Source of the DNA: Spirochaetia bacterium
GTDB lineage: Bacteria > Spirochaetota > Spirochaetia > SZUA-6 > Bin103
Reading direction: 5' to 3'
NCBI GenBank assembly: GCA_965203905.1
Contig: CBDBDQ010000005.1
Span: 1,920,001 to 1,984,000, forward strand
Length of the DNA stretch: 64,000 nt
Part shown: piece after piece, positions 29,462 through 39,377 of the stretch
How the letters are laid out: every line of letters starts with the position of its first letter
How positions within the stretch are numbered: the first letter of the stretch is position 1
Position numbers and translations under genes: made by a program
The notes under the pieces: generated by a model
Database searches by the model: none
What the model was told of the DNA's origin: nothing
What the model saw: only the letters and a program-made list of their open reading frames with translations

Positions 29462-29907
29462 GTGAGCGTGCCGTACGAGAACGCGACCACCGGCGAGCGG
29501 GCGCGGGGCGAGATCCGGAAGCTGCTGCAGCGCTTCGGCTGTGATTCGGTCGGGTTCATGGACGAGTTCGCCGAGGGGACGCTGCTGGTGGCTTTCCGCT
29601 ACCGCGGGCACCAAGTGCAACTCCGCGAGTCCGCCCGCGGCTGGGCCGACCTGTACCTGCGCGAGAACCCCTGGCACACGCGCCGGCGCTGCAGCGAGGC
29701 CGAGTGGGAGCAGCGCGCGCTCGCCCAAGGGATGATCGCGGTCAACTCCTCCTCAGAGACTGGGTGCGCGGCCAGGTCACGGCCATCGAGACCGGCATCA
29801 CCGAGTTCCGCCACGTGTTCCTGCCCTACCTGGTCACGGCGAGCGGCGAGACGGTTGCGGAGCTGGTCGACCGCCGCGGCGGCGAGGTCCTGGAATTGTC
29901 AGAGTGA
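29462..29907 (+). pseudogene. Phage-type hypothetical protein, copy 2 (frameshift ~29750)
   Basis: MSVPYENATTGERARGEIRKLLQRFGC...; AACTCCTCCTC versus AACTCCATCCTC in copy 1. Confidence 0.7.
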
Positions 29908-30185
29908 GCGGCGCCGAGAGCTGGGCCGCTGCTGCAGGTCAGCCTGTACTGCCGGTGGTGCGTGGAGGGCGTGCTCGAGGCCGTGCTGGCGCAGCACACA
30001 ACCGCCCGCACCCTGGCTGCCTGGCGCCAGCTTCGCCGCTCTGCCCGATCCACTCTACATCTTTGTGCGTGCAAGCATGGGCTTCATCCATATCTGCCGG
30101 TGACGTTGTGACATTCCAGAACTCGCGCTACGCTCAGCGAAATCGGCTGGGCCCAGGGGGCGCCGCCCACCTGCTGGAGGGATCG

Positions 30186-31358
30186 ATGAGACGTATTGTA
30201 ACAGGCCTATTGATGTTGCTGATGCCGCTTGGCGTTGCGTTCGCGGACGAGGTCAAGCTGGGAGTGCTGCTCGGCTTCACCGGCCCGATCGAGTCGTTGG
30301 TCGGACCCATGGCGGCCGGCGCAGATCTGGCGATCAAGGAGGTAAGCGACAGCGGCGCGCTGCTCGGTGGCAGGCAGGTCGTCTCCGTGCGCGGCGATAC
30401 CACTTGCATCGATTCCGCCGCGGCAGTAGCGGCTGCCGAGCGGCTGGTGACCGCGGAGCGGGTCGACGCCATCGTCGGCGGTGACTGCTCGGGCGTAACC
30501 ATCGCCATGCTGCAGCAGGTGGCCAAGCCCAACGGCATCGTGATGATCTCCCCATCGGCCACCTCGCCGGCGCTGTCGACGATCGAAGACGACGGGCTGT
30601 TCTTCCGCACCGCGCCGTCGGATGCCCGGCAGGGAGAGGTAGTGGCCGACATCCTGCAGGAGATGGACATCCACGAAGCGGCCATGACCTATACCAACAA
30701 CGACTACGGCAAGGGCCTGGCGGACAGCATCCAGGCCAACTTCGAGCAGCGCGGCGGGCATATCACCATCTCCACCCCGCATGAGGACGGCAAGGGCGAC
30801 TACAGTGCCGAGGTCGGCGCTCTGGCGGCGGTCGGCGGCGACATCCTGATCGTGGCCGGCTACCTCGACCAGGGCGGCAAGGGGATCATCCAGGCCTCGC
30901 TCGATTCCGGTGCATTCGACCAGTTCTTTCTCCCCGACGGCATGATCGGCGAGAGCCTGGTGGAGGCGATCGGACCCGATCTGAACGGTTCGATCGGATC
31001 CGTGCCCGGAACCGACAGTCCCGGTGTCGCACGGCTCGGAGAGCTGCTCGGGATGGCGCCAGCGCCGTTCGTGGGCGAATCGTACGATGCGGCCGCGCTG
31101 ATCCTGCTGGCCATGCAGGCGGCAGGATCGGTGGAGAGCGGCGCGTTCAAGGACCACGTAATGGCGGTCGCCAACGCCCCCGGCGAGAAGATCTTTCCCG
31201 GCGAGCTGGCGAAGGCGCTCGGCATCCTCGCCGACGGTGGTGCCGTAGACTATGTTGGTGCGTCGGCGGTCGAGCTGGTGGGCGCGGGTGAGAGCGCCGG
31301 CAACTATCGGCAGATGGCAGTCGAAGACGGCAAGCTCGTAACCGTCCGCTTCCGCTGA
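30186..31358 (+). CDS. Orphan branched-chain amino acid ABC substrate-binding protein
   Basis: Signal peptide; KLGVLLGFTGP, ISPSATSPALS, FFRTAPSDARQG, NNDYGKG. Confidence 0.9.
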   Translation: MRRIVTGLLMLLMPLGVAFADEVKLGVLLGFTGPIESLVGPMAAGADLAIKEVSDSGALLGGRQVVSVRGDTTCIDSAAAVAAAERLVTAERVDAIVGGDCSGVTIAMLQQVAKPNGIVMISPSATSPALSTIEDDGLFFRTAPSDARQGEVVADILQEMDIHEAAMTYTNNDYGKGLADSIQANFEQRGGHITISTPHEDGKGDYSAEVGALAAVGGDILIVAGYLDQGGKGIIQASLDSGAFDQFFLPDGMIGESLVEAIGPDLNGSIGSVPGTDSPGVARLGELLGMAPAPFVGESYDAAALILLAMQAAGSVESGAFKDHVMAVANAPGEKIFPGELAKALGILADGGAVDYVGASAVELVGAGESAGNYRQMAVEDGKLVTVRFR

Positions 31359-31622
31359 TCCGATAGCGGTGCGCTAATTGCGGCTATTCCATGCCTGCCA
31401 GGACCGGGAACGGCGTGCTCGTACCCCGTTCCCGGTCCTGATTCCAGGATCCTACGTGTATGGCCCCGTCGAACATCTCGTACTCGACGATATCGGGTCG
31501 CGCCTCGGCAAGCCGGTCGCTGAGCAATACGGGCACCCGAGAGTCGGCGGTAGTGTCCCAGTTCGAAATTATAGGCAGCCCCGGAAGGGGCTGATCGCTA
31601 CGACTCAGACAACAGGAGTAAG

Positions 31623-31991
31623 CTATGAATATTCGTCATCGACAATCGCGCCAGGCGCGCCCGGACCTCGCCTCCATGAAATGTGATGATCTAGTACACA
31701 TTCGAAATAATCGAGGACCTTCTGCACGGGTCGCTGGGCCTCTTCCGAGAGTGTCGCCTGAGCGGCTGGAAGCACTCGCGCGCGTACTCGGTAAAAGGCC
31801 TCTCGTTGCCCCGAGTACTCCACTTCCTGCTCAGCCATCTCCCAAAACACCTGTGCAATAAGGCCCATCACGAGGAGCATAGCTTCGACCGTTTCAGTCG
31901 GTCGGACGCTGTGTTCCTCGGCTACTTCTTCCAGCGCCGCTCGGCGCGCTGCATGTCCTTCTTCCATTCTTGAGTTAGCCTCCGACCTCAA
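31623..31991 (-). CDS. Hypothetical protein
   Basis: ORF with helical composition; no motif recognised. Confidence 0.4.
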   Translation of the reverse strand: MRSEANSRMEEGHAARRAALEEVAEEHSVRPTETVEAMLLVMGLIAQVFWEMAEQEVEYSGQREAFYRVRARVLPAAQATLSEEAQRPVQKVLDYFECVLDHHISWRRGPGAPGAIVDDEYS

Positions 31992-32002
31992 TTCTTATAT
32001 CC

Positions 32003-32377
32003 CTAACAGGGCGCTACTACCTTGTGGTATCGTTTGGCCTGTTCCTCAGTTACGATCGCGCGCGCGTCGAAACTCGACCCGTCCGTGGGAGCGGCACCTT
32101 TCCTTATACATCGTGATCGTGAATGCCTCGTGCGGCATCTCCTCGTAGTAGCCTGATCCGGCAGTAACTCTATCGACTCGATCACGAACTCATCGAAGTC
32201 GCAGTGGATGGTCGTAGCGGCGGCGTGGTTGAAGCCGTGTTGCTGTAGGTCGGTGACGGAGCACATGCTGCACTCCACCAGCACGCGAGCCGTGTTCTCG
32301 GTGAGCGGCATCACGCTCGTGCTGACGCAGCCCGACAAGACCAGAGTGGCAACCGCCGCGGCGAGCATTCGTCTCAT
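32003..32377 (-). CDS. Small lipoprotein, possibly degraded in its C-terminal half
   Basis: AGGAG RBS; LSGC lipobox; TSVMPLTENTARV. Confidence 0.55.
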   Translation of the reverse strand: MRRMLAAAVATLVLSGCVSTSVMPLTENTARVLVECSMCSVTDLQQHGFNHAAATTIHCDFDEFVIESIELLPDQATTRRCRTRHSRSRCIRKGAAPTDGSSFDARAIVTEEQAKRYHKVVAPC

Positions 32378-32448
32378 CTTGACTCCTATCCGCCTCCCAG
32401 AGGACTATGCTCCAATGAATCCTGGACGCCCCGGGCTCCCATGGCCGT

Positions 32449-32748
32449 CTACAAGTTCTCAAATATGTCATTTGCCTGATAAAAGGTTATGGCCATGCAC
32501 TTATCGCACTTGGCAGACACGAGAGGTCCTGTGGGAGGGGGGAATGACTGATAAGATCCGCCTTTCTTCCACGGCACCCGAACGCCCATCATCGTAACCA
32601 GGACCGGCAGTATCCCACGGTCAAACGATTGGCAGGTGGGGCACGGATAGTTGCCATCCTGCTCTATCCATCTCTGAATCTCTTCAACCCCTGCCGGGGT
32701 AAGCACACCCTTGGTGTAGTCGTATGTACGTTTATCCAGGACAGCCAC
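32449..32748 (-). CDS. Small CxxC...CxxC protein
   Basis: GGAGG RBS; CPTC and CDKC. Confidence 0.45.
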   Translation of the reverse strand: MAVLDKRTYDYTKGVLTPAGVEEIQRWIEQDGNYPCPTCQSFDRGILPVLVTMMGVRVPWKKGGSYQSFPPPTGPLVSAKCDKCMAITFYQANDIFENL

Positions 32749-32810
32749 TGGCTTCCTCCATCAGTAGCCCTCGGGGCAGTCGAACACGAACAGGTGTCAT
32801 CAATTACCGC

Positions 32811-33563
32811 TCACTGCAGGTCGATGGTCCTGAGCCGGTCGCCTTCCGACACCAGCAGCTTCGTCCCTGCCGCGTCCCCGTCCAGATCCGTGATGTAGCG
32901 AGTCGTAGCCTGCTCCAGCGCCCGCAGCCTGCTGTGTGGCTTGGCCTTAGTGAATGCGTAGATCGTCGCTTGATTCGCGCAGTGCACGAAGATGGTCGAG
33001 TCGTTCGCGTGCAACGCCTCGGGATCCGTGCACCCAGCCGACCGCAGCGTGCTCTTGGTCACATCCCTGGAGCTGACCCGGCTTCCGTTGGACCGCCGAA
33101 AGGCGAACAGCTGCTCGGGGCCGTCGTTGTCTCCGCTGTTCGAGATCCAGATGGTGTTGGCGTCACCTGAGATCCCGCCGGGAATGGTGAAGTCCTCGTC
33201 GCTGAAGTCGAACGAGTCGAGCTGTTTCCCGTCGGAGATCCGAAATCGGAGGATGTCGTCGTTCCCGCTGTCCAGCACGTAGAGGGTGTCGCCGTAGCCC
33301 CAGATGCCCTCCATGCGGCCCACGGCGGAGATGTCGAACTGGCGGCCGCCGTCGAGCTTGCTGCCCGTCGCGTCCGCCTGGAACGCGGTGTACTGCGTCG
33401 CGGCCCACAGGGTGCCGTCCGCGGCCATCCAGATCCCGCGCGGGTGGGAGGTGTCCACTCGTGTGGAGGATCCTCCTGGCTGGTCGCATCCGCCAACCAA
33501 AACTAGAACCACGACGAGCCCCAGCATTAGGGCCGTCCCTTTGCACCACTGGTGATCGCGCAT
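32811..33563 (-). CDS. Lipoprotein with beta-propeller-like repeats
   Basis: GGAGG RBS; LVGGC lipobox; repeated PRGIW..GTLW / EGIWG.GDTLYV / GGISGD.NTIW blades. Confidence 0.7.
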   Translation of the reverse strand: MRDHQWCKGTALMLGLVVVLVLVGGCDQPGGSSTRVDTSHPRGIWMAADGTLWAATQYTAFQADATGSKLDGGRQFDISAVGRMEGIWGYGDTLYVLDSGNDDILRFRISDGKQLDSFDFSDEDFTIPGGISGDANTIWISNSGDNDGPEQLFAFRRSNGSRVSSRDVTKSTLRSAGCTDPEALHANDSTIFVHCANQATIYAFTKAKPHSRLRALEQATTRYITDLDGDAAGTKLLVSEGDRLRTIDLQ

Positions 33564-34455
33564 CAGTAGTCCTCCTGTGTCGCCCGCACCCACAGGCGCC
33601 GGGCCGAGTTGAACAGACACACCGATCTCGCGATTGGTTGGGTTCTGGCTATTCACTCCAAGGCCGGGTAGCTACTCCCTGCCTGCACGGAGCTGTTGTA
33701 TTGACCAGCGACCCGGCATGAGCGAGTCGATGCGTCTGTTCAGGGTGACATTGTGTCGATGCCGGAGGCGTTGTTCAAGCAGACCACACGAACGAACGGG
33801 TACGAACGGAAGTCTCGCTATCAGTCCAGGCGTCGGGTCAGTGGCCAGTTACACGAGGCAGCGCCCTTGATGCCGTCCTGCACGCTTTTGCCGATGATTA
33901 CACCGCCGGTTGATCGTCGAAGCGGTGATCATCGTGGTGCCTTGCGCTGGGCACCGGCATGCCCCACCTGGCCGCGCCGTGGCTGCCGCTCGGGGGTCTG
34001 GCCGTGTGGCTGACCTGCTTCCTGGCGATGCGCGTCTACGTGGTCGGCATCCGCCGCCTCGGCGCTGCCGAGTGGGCCACTGCCGGCGCCGGCGCCGCGC
34101 TGGCGGCCGGGGCGCTCCTGATCGGGACCCGTGCGGACGCTGGCGTTGTTCATCCTCTCTCGAACGCTGCTCCTCTCTCTTGCGGCCCTCGGGTCGCTGC
34201 TGAAGGAACTGCACCTGCGCCGCGGCACCCGGCGCGCACCCGTAACTTTTACGAAACCGCGACGGAGACGTTTCTCCGAGGTGCGGCGGGATTGACGGTC
34301 GAGCATCCAGCATGCCGTCAATACGATCCAGCCTCGTCGTCCATTCCGAGACGGTCGCTATCGCAGGACGGCTTGATTCCCTCACCACCCGGCGCTTCCT
34401 TGTCGGCCCCGACCGATTCGCCTCTCGTGCCCGTCTCTACCAAGGGCGCAGCACG

Positions 34456-35037
34456 CTAAAAGGCAATCCCGAGGTCTACTCCCAAGCCGATCGATGGGCC
34501 GCCCACGCTGAATTTGCCCTTGATGTCAGCAGTATCCGCGAACACATGGTGATAGCCCGCCTGCAGCCGCGGAGTGATCGCCACTGGCCCCCACAAGACT
34601 CGGTACCCGAAGTGGGCGCGGGCGCCGATCTGCACCGCGTCCACCACGCTGCTTTGGTACCGCGCGTGGAGGTAACCGGACTCCAGCGAGACGCCCGCAA
34701 ACAGGCCGAGCGGGGCGCGCTCGGTCAGAAAGTAGTGGGCGCCGACGGCGCCGCCCAGGCTCCACAGCTCATAGTCGTCGGCATCCACCCCCACCACTTC
34801 GATCAGAGCGCCGGTCAGGCTACCCTTCGCGTTGAAGTAGGTCGCCACCACGACGATGCTCCAGTGCTGATCCAGCGCCAGCTCCAGTGATCCGCTGTAG
34901 ACCCCGAACAACGGGCCCATCAAGTTGACCCCCGCGATGCCGCTTACCGGCTGCTCCTGGGCGAATCCCGGGATAGCCGCGGCCATGCTGCCGGCTGCCA
35001 CCAGCACGGCAATGACTCTGAAGCGGTTGCACCTCAT
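34456..35037 (-). CDS. Outer-membrane beta-barrel protein (DUF3575-like), intact
   Basis: Signal peptide ending GFA-Q; amphipathic strands; C-terminal GVDLGIAF. Confidence 0.75.
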   Translation of the reverse strand: MRCNRFRVIAVLVAAGSMAAAIPGFAQEQPVSGIAGVNLMGPLFGVYSGSLELALDQHWSIVVVATYFNAKGSLTGALIEVVGVDADDYELWSLGGAVGAHYFLTERAPLGLFAGVSLESGYLHARYQSSVVDAVQIGARAHFGYRVLWGPVAITPRLQAGYHHVFADTADIKGKFSVGGPSIGLGVDLGIAF

Positions 35038-35139
35038 GTGATACCTACTTGGCCGGCGAGGGACAGGAACAGTTCGGCACGGGGCTGGTTTCTCCTTTGG
35101 CTTGCGATCAGGCCATGTTGCCATGTTGGCACCGACAGA

Positions 35140-36230
35140 TATCCAGATCGCCTGACCCGGTGCCCATTCCTCGAGCTCCTGGTCCATCGCGGCGACGGCA
35201 AGGGGAATCTGGGACTGGAAGAACCTGCGCGAGTAGCCATTCTTCAGCGCCCGCCGAAGCTGGAAGTGGTCCGCGCCGTCCAGCCCGGTGACCACGCGGG
35301 CGTACCCACCTCGTGGGCGAATCCGGACCACTGCTCCCAGGAGCGCAGGTGCGTCTTGCCCTCCCGTACCATGAACACGTTGGCTTCCCGACCCGCCAGA
35401 ACAAGCAGCCTACGGCCCGGCGCCTGGACCTCGAAGATCGGCCCGTGGCGCCGGTACTGCTCGGTCAGGTAAGCACGCAGGTTCCCCATGAGCTGCAGCG
35501 CATGGCCCAGCACGGGCAGCCGGCCTGAGGCCACCGGCCAGCCGCCACCGGCGCGCCGGATCCGCTGGCGCAGCTCCTCCCGGTAGGCGACGCTTACCTT
35601 GCGAACCGCGCCGGTCACCGACTGCCCAATCAGGTCCAGCCGCGCCACCAACGTGATTCGCTCCTGCAACTCTGCATACTCGGAGGGGGTGAGAATCCGC
35701 TCGAAGGCGCCGCAGGCGTGGGCGAGGCTGACGATGCACACTTCCTCCGGCGTCGGAACATCCTCAGTGAACAGGACGCCCATGATCCGGTCGCGGATCT
35801 CTCGCTCCTGTTCCTCATCGACAACGGGATAGCGCCGGGTGCGCGACACTCGGGGTGTCAGAGAGAAGATGCCACCGCCATCGTCGGTGTCCAGGATCCC
35901 GCGCTGCACCAGCCGGGCCAGCGCTCTGGTTTGCAGTTGGTCGGCGTTCCCGGCAACCCGGCGCACCCAGAAGTCGGCGGGCAGGTTCGGGTGCGCCGCC
36001 ACGACGGCATCGATGTCGGCCAGAATCGGATCCAGCAGGTCATCGCCGGTAGCGGTGGAATCCAGCAGGATGAGGGCGCTCGGGTCGGTGTCGATCCTGC
36101 CTTCAAGGGACAGATCCATCAGCGCCGCCCCGGCCAGGGCGTATCCAAGGATGCGGTCCGGGACATCGGAGAAGTCGCCGGTCTTCTCGTCCAACAGCAA
36201 GAGCAACAGCTCTTCAGCTAATCGCAGCAT
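35140..36230 (-). pseudogene. GPP34/GOLPH3-family domain fused to a truncated cytochrome P450 N-terminus
   Basis: MLRLAEELLLLLLD...LAGAALMDLSLEGRI (GPP34); then LPVLGHAL...YRRHGPIF...LVLAGREAN and, after a frameshift ~35305, GLDGADHFQLRRAL..GYS; no EXXR or heme Cys motif. Confidence 0.75.
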
Positions 36231-36593
36231 GTGTTACCGGCCTTCACGGTCAGCCGCGGGTCGGTAGCCGGCGTAGCGGCCGTAACCGGTTTCGTCTCCC
36301 GGTCCAACTCCGCGCGACTGCTGGCATCAGTTGTCCAGTCTCTCCTCGATGCGCTGAAGCGTGGTCGTCCACAAGGGTCGATTAGGCGGACCCCGAATCG
36401 CCTTTGTGAAACGGTTGCACCATCCCCCGTGAGATCCCCTTTGACCTGGGGGGCCTCTTGACGGCAGTTCGCCGAGCGCATTATAGATGGGCTATTGTGA
36501 GATCAGCATGATGAAGCAGGCTATAGTTCGTGATTTTCCGTGATATGTTCAGTAAACTGCCGCTTCGAAGGCCTGTCCGGAGGATGACCAGCG

Positions 36594-38948
36594 ATGCAGA
36601 GCCCTGACGACTGTGAGCAAGGCAACAACGCGCTGCACGAGCGCATCTCCGCCCTGAGCGCGGCAATTCTGCGCATCAGCGACAGCCTCGACCTCGACAC
36701 CGTGCTGCGCGAGGTGGTAGCCGGAGCCCGCGCGCTCACCCGCGCCCGCATCGGCGTCATCGCGACAATCGACGACGCCGGACAGCCCCTGGACTTCGTC
36801 AGCTCGGGCATCTCCGCCGACGACCACCGGCAGCTCGAGGCCTGGCCTGACGGGCCACGCCTGTTCGAGCATATCCGTGACCTTCCCTCACCCTTCCAAC
36901 TCAGCGACCTGTCCGCTTTCGTGCGCGGGCTTGGTTTCTCCGCAGATCTGGTGCCCTGGAAGAGCATTGTGGGTACCGCGATGCGCCATCGGGGTGTGCA
37001 TGTCGGCAGCTTCTACCTCACCGACAAGGAAGGCGGGCGCAAGTTCACCAACGAGGACGTGGAAGTCCTCGTCCTGTTCGCTTCGCAGGCAGCCGCCGCA
37101 GTCGCCAACGCTCGCACCTACCGCAACGAGCTGCGCGCGCGGACCAAGCTCGAGGCACTGATCGACACCTCCCCAGTCGGCGTCGCGGTCTTCGATGCCA
37201 AGACGGGAACCTTGACCTCCATCAATCGCGAGGCGCAGCGGATTGTCAAAGTCCTGTGCGGCCCGGGCCAGTCTCCGGCAGAGCTGTTGCACGTGATCAC
37301 CTGGCGCCGCGCCGATGGCAGCGAGATTACGCTGGACCGACTCCTGACCTCGGAGCTGAATACCGCCGCCAAGGTACGCGCAGAGGAATTCGTGCTCTCG
37401 GTCCCCGACGGCCGCAGCGTTACCACGCTGGTCAACGCGACGCCGATCCACTCCGCCGATGGCGCTGTCGAGTCGTTGGTCGTCACTGTGCAGGATCTGG
37501 CACCGCTCGAAGAGCTGGAGCGCTCGCGTGCCCAATTCCTGAGTATGGTGAGCCATGAACTGCGCGCGCCGCTGACCTCCATCAAGGGATCAGCCGCCAC
37601 CGTCCTGGGCGCCACTCAGCCCCTGGAATGGGCCGAAGTCCTGCAGTTCTTCCGCATTATCGACGACCAGGCCGATCACATGCGCGGCTTGACTGCCGAC
37701 CTGCTCGATGTGGGTCGCATCGACACCGGCACCATCACAATCGTCCCCGAGCCGTCGGAGGTGACCGCCTTGGTGGAGCAGGCGAGGAACACGTTCCTCA
37801 GCGGCGGCGGCCGGCACGCCGTCTCCATTGACCTGCCGCCGGACCTGCCTCAGGTGAAGGCTGACCGGCGCCGCATCGTCCAGGTCCTGAATAACCTCTT
37901 TTCCAATGCCTCCCAGCATTCCCCGACCTCATCCCCGATCCGGGTCGCCGCGGTGCAAGAGGCGGTGCACGTGGCGATTTCGGTCTCCGACCAAGGCAGG
38001 GGCATGCCGCAGGAGCGGCTTTCGCAGCTGTTTCGGAAACACATCGGTGTCGGGGACGCGGAGCGCGGACTCGGCAGCTCCGGCTTGGGACTCGCCATCT
38101 GCAAGGGGTTGGTGGAAGCCCACGGTGGCCGCATCTGGGCCGAGAGCGCCGGTGAGGGCCAGGGCATGCGGGTCACCTTCACGATTCCTGTAGCGGACAC
38201 CGCCGCCGGCTCGGCGCGCGAACTCGCCCCAAGCAGGTCGCGCGCGTGGGAAGGACCCGAGGCGACACGCATCCTCGTGGTAGACGACGATCCGCTGATG
38301 CTGCGCTACGTGCGCGACGCACTCGCCGCCGCGGGCTACGACCCGATCGTCACCGGTGACCATCAGGAGTTGGCCCACATCATCCGCCTCGAGAGGCCCC
38401 AGTTGATCGTACTGGACCTGGTGCTGCCGGGGACCGATGGGATCAAGCTGATGGAGCAGCTCCCCGAACTGGCCGATCTACCGGTCATCTTCATCTCCGG
38501 CTACGAAGGCGGCGAGACTATCGCCAAGGCTCTGGAGACCGGCGCCGCCGACTATATCGTCAAGCCGTTCTCGGCGACCGAGCTCACGGCGCGCATCAAC
38601 GCGGCGCTACGCCGGCGCACCGAACCCGAACCGGGCGAACCGTTCGTCTTGGAGGGGCTCTCCATCCACTACCTGGAACGCCGCGTGACCGTGGCGAATC
38701 GCGAGGTAAAGCTGACGGCGACCGAATACGAATTGCTGCGCGTACTCTCGGTCAACGCGGGGCGCCTGATGACCTACGACGACCTGCTGCGCCATGTGTG
38801 GCGCCTGCCCCACTCAGGCAGCTCGGAGCGGGTTCGCACTCTCGTGAAGACTCTGCGCCGCAAGCTCGGTGATGTCCCCACCAAGCCCACCTATATCTTG
38901 ACCGAGCGCGGGGTCGGCTACCGCATGCCCCGACCGAGCGAGCCGTGA
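36594..38948 (+). CDS. Soluble hybrid sensor kinase-response regulator (GAF-PAS-HisKA-HATPase-REC-OmpR wHTH)
   Basis: SHELRAPL, NLFSNA, DQGRG, GLGLAICK, ILVVDDD, LDLVLP, DYIVKPF, LTATEYELL, TERGVGY. Confidence 0.92.
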   Translation: MQSPDDCEQGNNALHERISALSAAILRISDSLDLDTVLREVVAGARALTRARIGVIATIDDAGQPLDFVSSGISADDHRQLEAWPDGPRLFEHIRDLPSPFQLSDLSAFVRGLGFSADLVPWKSIVGTAMRHRGVHVGSFYLTDKEGGRKFTNEDVEVLVLFASQAAAAVANARTYRNELRARTKLEALIDTSPVGVAVFDAKTGTLTSINREAQRIVKVLCGPGQSPAELLHVITWRRADGSEITLDRLLTSELNTAAKVRAEEFVLSVPDGRSVTTLVNATPIHSADGAVESLVVTVQDLAPLEELERSRAQFLSMVSHELRAPLTSIKGSAATVLGATQPLEWAEVLQFFRIIDDQADHMRGLTADLLDVGRIDTGTITIVPEPSEVTALVEQARNTFLSGGGRHAVSIDLPPDLPQVKADRRRIVQVLNNLFSNASQHSPTSSPIRVAAVQEAVHVAISVSDQGRGMPQERLSQLFRKHIGVGDAERGLGSSGLGLAICKGLVEAHGGRIWAESAGEGQGMRVTFTIPVADTAAGSARELAPSRSRAWEGPEATRILVVDDDPLMLRYVRDALAAAGYDPIVTGDHQELAHIIRLERPQLIVLDLVLPGTDGIKLMEQLPELADLPVIFISGYEGGETIAKALETGAADYIVKPFSATELTARINAALRRRTEPEPGEPFVLEGLSIHYLERRVTVANREVKLTATEYELLRVLSVNAGRLMTYDDLLRHVWRLPHSGSSERVRTLVKTLRRKLGDVPTKPTYILTERGVGYRMPRPSEP

Positions 38949-39051
38949 CGGGAACCCTGGGCGGTCACGAGCGCTTGCTTGGTCTCGCTCGTGCGACCAG
39001 CTTACCAACCAGGGCCTGCGCCTTCCGTCTTGGTGCGCTCAGAGTGCCGGC

Positions 39052-39288
39052 TTACGCCTTCGGCAGCGCCTCCAACCATCGTTCGACATCCTCACGTCGC
39101 CAGCCGACGGCGCGTGACCCGTCGCCCCCGAGCCTGACTGGCGCAGGGAAGTCGCCAGCACGTACACGTCGCCATAGCGATGTGCGGGAAAGTCCTATCA
39201 AAGCCAGCACTGCTGGCGTTCGCAAGATTGCAGGAAGAGAATCACGGGCCGAAGCTGTCGGTCCGTTGGAGTAGGAGTGGTCGGGCAT
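39052..39288 (-). CDS. alpA: AlpA family regulator / excisionase
   Basis: ILRTPAVLALIGLSRTSLWRRVRAGDFPAPVRLG...RAVGWRREDVERW. Confidence 0.9.
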   Translation of the reverse strand: MPDHSYSNGPTASARDSLPAILRTPAVLALIGLSRTSLWRRVRAGDFPAPVRLGGDGSRAVGWRREDVERWLEALPKA

Positions 39289-39377
39289 CGGAAACCCCTA
39301 TAGGCCCTAAGGTGGGCGGCATGCACAATTAGTCATGTAGGAGTCAGTCCAACTTTCGCGTTTCACGGCGTGGCTTG

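Noticed and set aside
10001-35310. Programmed frameshifting explaining the split genes
   Set aside because: No consistent slippery heptamers; scattered indels fit decay or long-read error better
11971-36230. Integron (recombinase + cassette array)
   Set aside because: Recombinase lacks a recognisable IntI insertion; cargo is in mixed orientation; no RYYYAAC...GTTRRRY attC pattern seen by eye (IntegronFinder would settle it)
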